Assembly (NCBI GenBank): GCA_043797815.1
Contig: JAZDPG010000107.1
Location: forward strand, 5,252-69,251
Length of the DNA: 64,000 nt
From: Bacteroidota bacterium
Lineage (GTDB): Bacteria > Bacteroidota > Bacteroidia > Bacteroidales > GCA-2748055
Reading direction: 5' to 3'
Made by a program: the position numbers and the translations under genes. Below are positions 49,701 to 57,715 of this stretch, piece by piece; within the stretch, counting starts at the first letter, position 1; each line of letters starts with the position of its first letter. The notes beneath the pieces were generated by a model. That model was not told where the DNA came from and ran no database searches. It worked only from the letters and a program-made list of their open reading frames with translations.

Positions 49701-49991
49701 TTATGCTTGTATCTTACCATTGTATAAATCTGAAATTGGAAAAATCAAATCGTAATCATTCCAATTCAAATTTCCATCAGTCAATGAAAAATTCGAAAAC
49801 TTATTTTCATCAAAATATTTATTAATGGATGGGTGAAGTGATTTTGATAAAAATGGTTTAAAATCAACAAGCTTTTCATTTCCATCGCTAAATTTTATCC
49901 GAATAGCATAATCCGACAAGTATTTTGCAGAATCAATCTTTAACTGGTCTAATCCTGCTTCAGAATCCTTATAGTCAACTATTATTCTCAT
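49701..49991 (-). CDS. DUF2442-family protein
   Basis: Y.IRIKFSDG..KLVDFKPFL...F..F...GNLNW...DLY; start re-called at ATG 49991. Confidence 0.75.
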   Translation of the reverse strand: MRIIVDYKDSEAGLDQLKIDSAKYLSDYAIRIKFSDGNEKLVDFKPFLSKSLHPSINKYFDENKFSNFSLTDGNLNWNDYDLIFPISDLYNGKIQA

Positions 49992-50049
49992 TTTAGTCGT
50001 ATGGCTTACCTTTTTCCCGTTGATGTTGAAGGGCTGGAATAGGCCTTTG

Positions 50050-50349
50050 TTATAAAAATGTAAAACCAATTTTCTTATTTAATCCTTTTTCAAATATTCT
50101 AATTAGGGTCGAAAGCTGGATATTTCCTTTAGCATTTTCAATCTTTGAAATATAGCTCTTTTTAGTACCGGCTTTCTCTGCAAGTTGTTGTTGTGTCATC
50201 TTAGCTTCTTTCCTGGCTTCTTTTAGCATTTCGCTAACAATAAACATTTGAGCTCTTTCTTCATAATCGTTACGGCTGTCTGTTCCTATCTTACCATGTT
50301 CTCTCTCGACTAATTCATCGAATGTCTTTATGCCTGAATAATCTGTCAT
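50050..50349 (-). CDS. HigA-like HTH antitoxin
   Basis: LKEARKEAKMTQQQLAEKAGTKKSYISKIEN. Confidence 0.88.
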   Translation of the reverse strand: MTDYSGIKTFDELVEREHGKIGTDSRNDYEERAQMFIVSEMLKEARKEAKMTQQQLAEKAGTKKSYISKIENAKGNIQLSTLIRIFEKGLNKKIGFTFL

Positions 50350-50690
50350 GACTTTTTGTTTTTAAGTTCAAAATACTCTTGTTTCAATCTCATGGCTTTC
50401 TCAATCTCTTTCCTTGGCGTTTTTTGTGTCTTCTTTTGAAACCCATTAAATAATACAACTAATCGTCCCTGGTCAAAGCAACAAAAGATCCGGTAGATGT
50501 TTGACTGATATTCCACTCGTATCTCAAACAGACCTTCGTATCCGGTCATGGGAGCTAAAAATTTCTTTGGAACTCTGTCTACTTGTTTAATTAATTCAAA
50601 GACATACTGAATCTTTGATTTAATGTCAGAATCAAGATTCCTATAGAAATCTAAAAAGTACTCTCCATGAAATATAATTTGTCTTGACAC
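50346..50690 (-). CDS. RelE/HigB (Gp49-like) toxin
   Basis: GLFEIRVE..SNIYRIF..VVLFNGFQKKTQKTP..EI. Confidence 0.9.
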   Translation of the reverse strand: MSRQIIFHGEYFLDFYRNLDSDIKSKIQYVFELIKQVDRVPKKFLAPMTGYEGLFEIRVEYQSNIYRIFCCFDQGRLVVLFNGFQKKTQKTPRKEIEKAMRLKQEYFELKNKKS

Positions 50691-50695
50691 AGTGA

Positions 50696-50727
50696 CAAAG
50701 TTATCTCATATGATAACAATTCCCAAA
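50696..50727 (-). promoter_or_regulatory. higBA promoter TTTG-N20-TAACTTTG with palindromic operator; near-leaderless transcript
   Basis: -33 at 50724-50727, -7 at 50696-50703, GTTATC-N6-GATAAC at 50700-50717; GTG start 5 bp after the -7 element. Confidence 0.8.
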
Positions 50728-50809
50728 TAACTCTTGCAAGATTTTCAACTTTATCGGTCTGCCTAAATCTAGGCTGGTATGCACCCTAACGGTTTGTTGG
50801 ATTAAGATT

Positions 50810-50872
50810 GGTGCCGCTCATAGTATGCGAATTCCTTCTTAAGGATTGTTTTCATTAACAACTCTGATAAAC
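50810..50872 (-). pseudogene. Collapsed second copy of the MNT/HEPN pair
   Basis: 50813-50840 matches 49361-49388; 50842-50870 matches 49626-49654; the intervening ~235 bp are missing. Confidence 0.85.
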
Positions 50873-50878
50873 ACTCTC

Positions 50879-51300
50879 CTTACAAGGCTCCAATGCCAAT
50901 CCAAACCAATCTCAAGCCATCTTACAAGGCTCCGATGCCAATCAAAATCAATCTCAAGCCATCGTATAAGGCTCCGATGCCAATTCAAACCAATCTCAAG
51001 CCATCGTACAAGGCGCACAAGCCAATCCAAATCAATCTCAAGCTATCGTACAAGGCTCCGAAGACAATCGCATCACCTCACAAGGCAATCCACCCGGACA
51101 AAATGTCATCCGGAAAGCCTCTCAAGACATCTTACAAGCCTCTCAAGACATCTTACAAGGGTCTCAAGACATCTTACAAGGGTCTCAAGACAGCTTACAA
51201 GGGTCTCAAGACAGCTTACAGGGCTCTCAAGCCATCTTACAAGGGTCTCAAGCCATCTTACAAGCCTCTCAAGCCATTTCGCAAGGCTCTCAAGCCAATG
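50879..51300. repeat. Compound array: ~4.3 x 42 bp followed by ~8.5 x 21 bp sharing the core CTCAAGmCATCTTACAAGG
   Basis: 42-bp units from 50879; 21-bp units from 51121. Confidence 0.92.
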
Positions 51301-51312
51301 ATCCGGGGGAAT

Positions 51313-51957
51313 TTAAAGATCCACGATGGTCCGGGCATTCCGGTAGGCCTCGTAAAAAGCGGGGTGCCCGGGCTTCAGGCGGGAAATGAAACGATCCAGC
51401 ATCCTGTTCAGCAGCGTATCGGTTTCCCTGAACAAGGCGGACAACCGCGCGTTCAGGGCCACACTTTCACTCTTCACCCCTCCCTGGATCTCCATGGATT
51501 TTTCAAACGCTTTGATCAGCGCGTGAAGACCGGCCAGGTCCTGTTCACTCACCATGTAGCGGGCCAGATCTGCCCGGTGACCGGTCAGTTCATACTCGAT
51601 GGCCAGGGCCATCTGCAGGGTCTTTGCATCCCGTGCATAGCGTAGGTCACTGTAGGAATATCCCAGAGCGGCTTCCATCACGGTATCGGAGCGGTCCATC
51701 GCAAACACCGATCCGAGAGCCGCCAGCGAGCCGGCCGTCGATGCCAGCTTCTTCTTGGCTGCATTCTTGGCCGCGGTTTCACCCGTGGTATCCCTCCTTG
51801 CGCGACCGGCCAGGGTATTTATTTCGTCCACCAGCCTGAAGAAGCTGTCCACCGTTTTTTTGATCTCCCCGACGGACGCATAGATTTTCACATGGTCCTC
51901 CAGCACACCCTTCATGCTCAGGTAGGAATTCAGTTTGTTGCTTTGCCTTTTATTCAT
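51313..51957 (-). CDS. Hypothetical helical protein
   Basis: MNKRQSNKLNSY...LDRFI..LK..HPAFYEAYRNARTIVDL; start re-called at 51957; paralog remnant nearby. Confidence 0.75.
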   Translation of the reverse strand: MNKRQSNKLNSYLSMKGVLEDHVKIYASVGEIKKTVDSFFRLVDEINTLAGRARRDTTGETAAKNAAKKKLASTAGSLAALGSVFAMDRSDTVMEAALGYSYSDLRYARDAKTLQMALAIEYELTGHRADLARYMVSEQDLAGLHALIKAFEKSMEIQGGVKSESVALNARLSALFRETDTLLNRMLDRFISRLKPGHPAFYEAYRNARTIVDL

Positions 51958-52021
51958 GGGCCAAGGTTCCAGACATTTTAAAAAAACTTCCCGTAAAAAT
52001 ATGCACAAACCTTAACGCAAG

Positions 52022-52405
52022 TCAAGAATACACTGCTCTTTTTCGGAAGATCACAAGCACGGATATGCCCAGCACCACGCCCACCGTATTTGCAAGAAGG
52101 TCATTGATGTTAAAGGACCGGTAAGGCAACAGCATCTGGATTCCTTCGAACAGCACGCCGATACACACAGAATACAAAATTACTTGTATCCAAATCAAAG
52201 CCGACAAGCCCCGCTTCAAACGCAGGAACATCAGTACCGGTAAAGGCATGTAAATGAAAAAATGGATCAGGTAATCCCAACGGATATGCAGCGTATAATT
52301 GTTACTCAGGACAGTCGAACCCTGCCACAGTGGAACCACCGATCCCAGAAAGAGAAAAGCCAAATAGTAAATAATGATCTGGCTGGTGTTGATTTGCTTC
52401 CTCAT
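52022..52405 (-). CDS. VanZ-family membrane protein
   Basis: DYLIHFFIY...EGIQMLLPYRSFNINDLLANTVG. Confidence 0.85.
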   Translation of the reverse strand: MRKQINTSQIIIYYLAFLFLGSVVPLWQGSTVLSNNYTLHIRWDYLIHFFIYMPLPVLMFLRLKRGLSALIWIQVILYSVCIGVLFEGIQMLLPYRSFNINDLLANTVGVVLGISVLVIFRKRAVYS

Positions 52406-53541
52406 GCGCCGTGGATCCCGTGCCAGATATTACTGAGACCTGCATTTCCCTGGATAAGTTTCAGCACACGCCAGGAGGTATCGGTGATGGTATAGTCTCC
52501 GGGTATTTTGGTATAGGTTCTTTGCCCGTGTTCCCGGATGGTAAGGGCAATGGCGTCCAGCACCCTTTGTGTCTCGAATCCTGTGAGGATAATGGTTCCT
52601 GCATCCTGGGCTTCGGGGCGCTCCATGGACTGGCGGATGGAGATGGCCGGGAACGAAAGGATGGCCGACTCTTCGCTGATGGTTCCGCTATCGGAGATGG
52701 TGCACTGTGCATTTTGCTGCAAATGCACATAATCGGTGAATCCGAAAGGATTTAAAAACCGCAGCATATCACCATGCATTTCAATCCCATTCTTTTCAAG
52801 TTGTTTCCTGGTTCTTGGGTGTGTTGAGACAATGACCGGCAGATTGTATTCATCCGCAAGGCGTTCTAATACTTCTATAATCTTGTTGAGATTGTCCGGT
52901 TGATCCACATTCTCCTCCCTGTGTACGCTGGCAACGAAATACTTCTTTTTCTCAAGTCCCAGCTCCTTCAAAACGGACGATCCGTTGATTTTTGACTTGT
53001 AAAAGGAAAGCACTTCGTTCATGGGCGATCCGGTCAGGTAGATCCTGCGTTGTGGCAGTCCCTCGCTGATCAGGTGCCTGCGGGCATGTTCCGTATAAAC
53101 CAGGTTAAAATCCGCAATGTGATCGATGATCCTGCGGTTGATCTCCTCCGGCACATTGAAATCAAAGCACCGGTTCCCCGCCTCCATATGGAACACCGGC
53201 ACTTTCATCCTTTTGGCCATATAGGCAGAGAGGCAGGAATTGGTATCCCCCAGAACCAGCAAAGCATCGGGCTTCACGTCCCTGATCACGACCTCGGATT
53301 TCTCTATGATGTCTCCCACAGAAGTCCCCAGGGAGGTGGTGTTTACCTCAAGAAAGAAATCAGGTTTTCTCAGTTCAAGGTCTTTGAAGAACACCTCGTT
53401 CAGTTCATAATCATAGTTCTGACCCGTGTGGACCAGCGTATGATCCAGCTGGGAATCCAACAATGAAATCACCCTGGAGAGCCTGATGATCTCAGGGCGG
53501 GTTCCTACGATGGTCATTACCTTTAAGCCTGATTTCTTCAT
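52402..53541 (-). CDS. fnlC: UDP-2-acetamido-2,6-dideoxy-L-talose 2-epimerase (FnlC/WbjD/Cap5G)
   Basis: VGTRPEIIRLS, HTGQNYDYEL, HMEAGNRCFD, SDSGTISEES; context after fnlAB. Confidence 0.85.
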   Translation of the reverse strand: MKKSGLKVMTIVGTRPEIIRLSRVISLLDSQLDHTLVHTGQNYDYELNEVFFKDLELRKPDFFLEVNTTSLGTSVGDIIEKSEVVIRDVKPDALLVLGDTNSCLSAYMAKRMKVPVFHMEAGNRCFDFNVPEEINRRIIDHIADFNLVYTEHARRHLISEGLPQRRIYLTGSPMNEVLSFYKSKINGSSVLKELGLEKKKYFVASVHREENVDQPDNLNKIIEVLERLADEYNLPVIVSTHPRTRKQLEKNGIEMHGDMLRFLNPFGFTDYVHLQQNAQCTISDSGTISEESAILSFPAISIRQSMERPEAQDAGTIILTGFETQRVLDAIALTIREHGQRTYTKIPGDYTITDTSWRVLKLIQGNAGLSNIWHGIHGA

Positions 53542-53550
53542 ATCTTTTAG

Positions 53551-54669
53551 CTATACGGTTTCGAAAAAAGTATCGGGATCATCGGGATCAAAAAACTCAT
53601 TGATCCAGAACAGGGTATACAATTCATCATCTCCCGCATTGGTGATGTTGTGGGTATACCACACGGGCATATCCACATAGGAAGGATGGGCACCGTCAAG
53701 CCTGAATTCCAGCACTTCACCTGTCCCTATCCGGCGCAGCCGGATCACCGCCTGACCCCTGATCACCACAAATCGTTCAATTTTCCTTGTATGGAAATGA
53801 TTCCCTCTCGTAATCCCGGGTTTTGTCTTAGAAAAAGAGACCTGTCCGCCCACCCCTAGCCGCATGGTTTCCACGAAACTCCCGCGCTCATCCGCATGTT
53901 CATTCAGAAGAACCGGGAAATGACGGGGAATGTCCATGAAACAGCGGAAGGTATTGAACAGGTTGATCTCAAAGGCATTTTTCAATTGGGGCAACTCCCC
54001 CTTCCCGGCATAGCCGGCCTTATACCCTTTCAGCAATTGGAGTATTTCCGAGACCATCATCTCCGAGGTATGGGGAACCCTGTATTCTGGCGCCGGTGTG
54101 CCCTGCAGGATGCATTCACCCATCACCTTCGTCAGTTCTCCCACATAAACAAGTCTGAGCAGCTGGTCCACATGAATGGCCGGCTCCTCCCCATGGTTTA
54201 ACTGGTGACAAAAGGTCGCCACCACCGAATTGTAATACGGATGGCCAAAAGGTCCGAATACATTGGGGATCACCAGACCGGTGAATTTCCCTCCCGACCT
54301 TTCCGCCCATTGCATCAGTAATTCCCGTCCCTTCTTTTTAGACCGGCCATAGGGATTGTCAGCCATCTCCTGGGTGGAGCCGGAGAAAAGCAGGTGGGGT
54401 TTCGACCCGGACTGTTCCAGGGCTGAAATAAGCTCTTTTACCAGCCTGAGGTTGGTCTGATAGATTTCATCCGGATCGTTGTGGCGGTTGAGCGCAGCCA
54501 GGTGGACGATGGCATCACATTTTGCAGCCCAGTCCGCCAGTACCGCCGGATCATCAAAGAATGCATCCTCAAATGGGATCAAATAATAATGATCAGGATC
54601 AAGACGTAAATAGTTGAACAGGTGGGTCCCGACAAATCCCGACTGACCGGTAATGCCAACTTTGATCAT
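53551..54669 (-). CDS. fnlB: FnlB/WbjC/Cap5F reductase-epimerase (SDR plus cupin)
   Basis: ITGQSGFVG, YGRSKK, PNVFG..YNSVVATFC, RGNHFHTRK. Confidence 0.88.
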   Translation of the reverse strand: MIKVGITGQSGFVGTHLFNYLRLDPDHYYLIPFEDAFFDDPAVLADWAAKCDAIVHLAALNRHNDPDEIYQTNLRLVKELISALEQSGSKPHLLFSGSTQEMADNPYGRSKKKGRELLMQWAERSGGKFTGLVIPNVFGPFGHPYYNSVVATFCHQLNHGEEPAIHVDQLLRLVYVGELTKVMGECILQGTPAPEYRVPHTSEMMVSEILQLLKGYKAGYAGKGELPQLKNAFEINLFNTFRCFMDIPRHFPVLLNEHADERGSFVETMRLGVGGQVSFSKTKPGITRGNHFHTRKIERFVVIRGQAVIRLRRIGTGEVLEFRLDGAHPSYVDMPVWYTHNITNAGDDELYTLFWINEFFDPDDPDTFFETV

Positions 54670-55676
54670 AGGTCGTTCCGGACCATGTCCAGTTTTAAAA
54701 GCAGCTCTTTCATCCCTTCCACATCAAGCCTGGTGGTATTGTGTGAGTGGTAATCCTCAATATCTGCTACAGCCGTTTTCCCTTCTGAGAAAAAACTGGC
54801 ATAATTCAGATCCCGGGTATCTGCAGGAATCCGGTAATAACTACCCAGATCTTCAGCCTTCAGCATATCTTCCCTGGTTACCAGTGTTTCATAGAGTTTC
54901 TCCCCATGCCTGGTTCCTATGTATTTGATCTCGGTATCTGACCCATACAGATCGATCAGCGCTTCGGCCAAGGTTTTGATGGTGGCAGCCGGTGACTTCT
55001 GTACAAAGATATCTCCGTTCTGTCCATTCTTAAAAGCATAGAGGACCAGCTGCACCGCATCATCCAGGCTCATCATAAAGCGGGTCATCCCGGGATCGGT
55101 AATGGTAATGGGCCGGCCGTTTTTGATCTGTTCAATGAACAGGGGGATCACCGAACCACGGGAAGCCATGACATTTCCATAACGCGTTCCGCAAAAGATG
55201 CTGCCGGAGCCATTCAGATTCCTTGAACGGGCAATCATCACCTTCTCCATCATGGCTTTGGAAAGACCCATGGCATTGATGGGATAAACCGCTTTATCGG
55301 TACTCAGAATTACCAGCTTTTTTATCCCATATTTTTCTGCCGAGATCATGACGTTTTCCGCACCCAGAATATTGGTTTTCACAGCCTCAACCGGAAAAAA
55401 CTCGCACGAAGGAACCTGTTTCAATGCGGCCGCATGGAAGACATAATCCACTCCGTTCACTACCTGGTCAACCGCAAAAGGATCACGCACATCCCCAATG
55501 TAGAATTTCACGGAGGCGTTGTTCAGCCGTTTACGCATGTCATCCTGCTTCTTCTCATCGCGGCTGAAAATCCGGATTTCCTTCAGTCCGGCATCCAGCA
55601 TTCCCTGCAGCACAGCATTCCCAAAGGAACCTGTTCCGCCGGTAATTAACAGGGTCTTATTTTTAAACTCATTCAT
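54666..55676 (-). CDS. fnlA: UDP-GlcNAc 4,6-dehydratase FnlA/WbjB/Cap5E
   Basis: TGGTGSFG, SRDEKKQDDMR, LKQVPSCEF, YGNVMASRGSV, YHSHNT. Confidence 0.92.
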   Translation of the reverse strand: MNEFKNKTLLITGGTGSFGNAVLQGMLDAGLKEIRIFSRDEKKQDDMRKRLNNASVKFYIGDVRDPFAVDQVVNGVDYVFHAAALKQVPSCEFFPVEAVKTNILGAENVMISAEKYGIKKLVILSTDKAVYPINAMGLSKAMMEKVMIARSRNLNGSGSIFCGTRYGNVMASRGSVIPLFIEQIKNGRPITITDPGMTRFMMSLDDAVQLVLYAFKNGQNGDIFVQKSPAATIKTLAEALIDLYGSDTEIKYIGTRHGEKLYETLVTREDMLKAEDLGSYYRIPADTRDLNYASFFSEGKTAVADIEDYHSHNTTRLDVEGMKELLLKLDMVRNDL

Positions 55677-55819
55677 CTCTATACCTGGCTTTCATCTGTT
55701 AAAGATAATTGATTTCTTCACAAAGAACTTTGTGTGTACATGCTGTTGATTATTTCGCTTACAAAATCAGTATATTTAATTAATTTTGATAGCTAACCCA
55801 AAACCGAAGGAGAAGAGCG

Positions 55820-56350
55820 TTGGATGCAGTGCAGACAGATATAGCCTTTAAATGGTACGCCGTATATACCCGTCCGCGGTTCGAGAAGCAGGTCTTCCAG
55901 CGCTTGCTGGAGCAGGGGATTGAAGCATACCTCCCCATGATCAAGACCATGCGCCAGTGGTCGGACCGGAAGAAGATGGTGGAGATCCCCCTGTTCAGCT
56001 CCTATGTATTCGTTAACATCGACCGGAAATATTATGACGAGGTCCTGAAGACCTTTGGGGTGGTCAAATACATCACTTTCGAAGGCAGGGCAGCTGCCAT
56101 TCCGGCCGAGCAGATCAACAACCTGAAGATCATTGTGAACAGCAATGAGAAGGTGGAAACCACCTGGGAAAAAAGGAAAAAAGGAGACCGTGTCATGGTC
56201 ACCGCCGGCAGTCTGAAGGGATTAAAAGGCGAACTCATTACGGATGGTGGCCGGAAAAAAGTATTGGTGAGAATTGACAGCATAGACCAAAACCTGACCG
56301 TGGAGGTACATGCGTCTTTGATTGAAAAGATCAAAGACGATTATAGATAG
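55820..56350 (+). CDS. upxY: UpxY-family (NusG paralog) transcription antiterminator
   Basis: WYAVYTRPRFEK, RQWSDRKK, PLFSSYVFV, KOW motif; TAATTTTG at 55781-55788. Confidence 0.9.
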   Translation: MDAVQTDIAFKWYAVYTRPRFEKQVFQRLLEQGIEAYLPMIKTMRQWSDRKKMVEIPLFSSYVFVNIDRKYYDEVLKTFGVVKYITFEGRAAAIPAEQINNLKIIVNSNEKVETTWEKRKKGDRVMVTAGSLKGLKGELITDGGRKKVLVRIDSIDQNLTVEVHASLIEKIKDDYR

Positions 56351-56458
56351 AAGTTAGTAGATAGTAAATCATAAGCGCCGTAGTCTTCACTTTGTGACTG
56401 ACCAGGCGAAGCCGTGAAAAGACCCAACCAAATTTGTCAATAAATCAAACCAGAATAT

Positions 56459-57616
56459 ATGTCTAAAGTTGCTTTAATTACCGGTATTACAGGACAGGAC
56501 GGTGCTTACCTGGCCGAACTCTTACTGAAAAAGGGATACATCGTTCACGGGATCAAACGGAGGGCATCCATGTTCAACACCGAACGGATCGACCACCTCT
56601 ACCAGGACCCCCACGTCAATAACCGCAACCTGGTCCTCCATTACGGGGACCTCACCGACTCCATGAACCTGACCAAGATCATCCAGGAGACCCAGCCCGA
56701 TGAAATCTATAACCTGGGAGCCATGAGCCATGTAAAGGTGAGTTTCGATTCGCCCGAATACACCGCAAATGCCGACGGGATCGGAACCCTCCGGATTCTT
56801 GAGGCGGTCAGGCTGCTCGGACTGACAGAGAAAACCCGCATCTACCAGGCCAGTACTTCTGAACTTTACGGACTGGTGCAACAGGTACCCCAGTATGAAA
56901 AGACCCCCTTTTATCCAAGGAGCCCCTATGGTGTGGCCAAGCTCTATGCCTACTGGATCACTGTGAACTACCGGGAAGCCTATGGCATGCATGCCAGCAA
57001 CGGGATCCTGTTCAACCACGAATCGCCCATCAGGGGCGAGACCTTCGTCACCAGGAAAATCACCCGGGCCACCGCCCGGATTGCCCTGGGTATGCAGGAA
57101 AGGCTCTATGTGGGAAACATGGGAGCCAAACGGGACTGGGGCCATGCCAAGGACTATGTGCAGGCCATGTACCTGATTCTCCAGCAGGAGAAGCCGGATG
57201 ATTATGTGATCGCCACCGGAATTACCACCGAGGTGAGGGAGTTTATCAAACGTGCCTTCAGGGAGATCGGGCTGATCCTCAAATTCAGCGGAACGGAAGA
57301 GAAAGAGACGGCCATTATCGAATCGGTGGATGACACCGTTTTTGTCAAAAAGGTGGGAGAACCCCACATTTCAGGCATCCTGAAAAAGATCAATGCCGAA
57401 ACCGTGGTGGTGAGTGTGGATCCGGCCTATTATCGTCCGGCCGAAGTGGAATTACTGATCGGGAATGCCTCGAAAGCCAGAAAACAGCTGGGTTGGGAAC
57501 CCAAGTACGATCTTAACGCACTGATCAAGGACATGATGCAGTCGGATGTACACCTGATGAAGAAAGAGAACTACCTGAAGGAAGGTGGCTATAAAACGCT
57601 GAATTACTTTGAATAA
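56459..57616 (+). CDS. gmd: GDP-mannose 4,6-dehydratase
   Basis: [44 protein letters not shown]. Confidence 0.97.
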   Translation: MSKVALITGITGQDGAYLAELLLKKGYIVHGIKRRASMFNTERIDHLYQDPHVNNRNLVLHYGDLTDSMNLTKIIQETQPDEIYNLGAMSHVKVSFDSPEYTANADGIGTLRILEAVRLLGLTEKTRIYQASTSELYGLVQQVPQYEKTPFYPRSPYGVAKLYAYWITVNYREAYGMHASNGILFNHESPIRGETFVTRKITRATARIALGMQERLYVGNMGAKRDWGHAKDYVQAMYLILQQEKPDDYVIATGITTEVREFIKRAFREIGLILKFSGTEEKETAIIESVDDTVFVKKVGEPHISGILKKINAETVVVSVDPAYYRPAEVELLIGNASKARKQLGWEPKYDLNALIKDMMQSDVHLMKKENYLKEGGYKTLNYFE

Positions 57617-57619
57617 GTT

Positions 57620-57697
57620 TTTCAAGGGATGCTTATTTGTAACGTGGTTATTTACTTCGTAAAAAATCCCAGGTTACTTCATAAGCATCCCTTGAAA
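57620..57697. other. 78-nt long imperfect hairpin between gmd and fcl
   Basis: 17-bp perfect arms TTTCAAGGGATGCTTAT/ATAAGCATCCCTTGAAA plus inner GTAAC/GTTAC, TGG/CCA and TTTAC/GTAAA pairs. Confidence 0.85.
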
Positions 57698-57715
57698 TCA
57701 AAAAAATAAAGAAGA

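Noticed and set aside
50846-51645. Repeat-derived ORFs (151 aa and 250 aa) as confident CDS
   Set aside because: Open frames are expected from a stop-free repeat unit, and one runs antisense into a real gene; kept only as a hypothesis
44614-52008. Prophage, IS or integrative element
   Set aside because: No integrase, transposase, terminal repeats, tRNA target or phage genes recognisable
55677-55819. Invertible (phase-variable) capsule promoter
   Set aside because: No convincing flanking inverted repeats seen and no recombinase in the window
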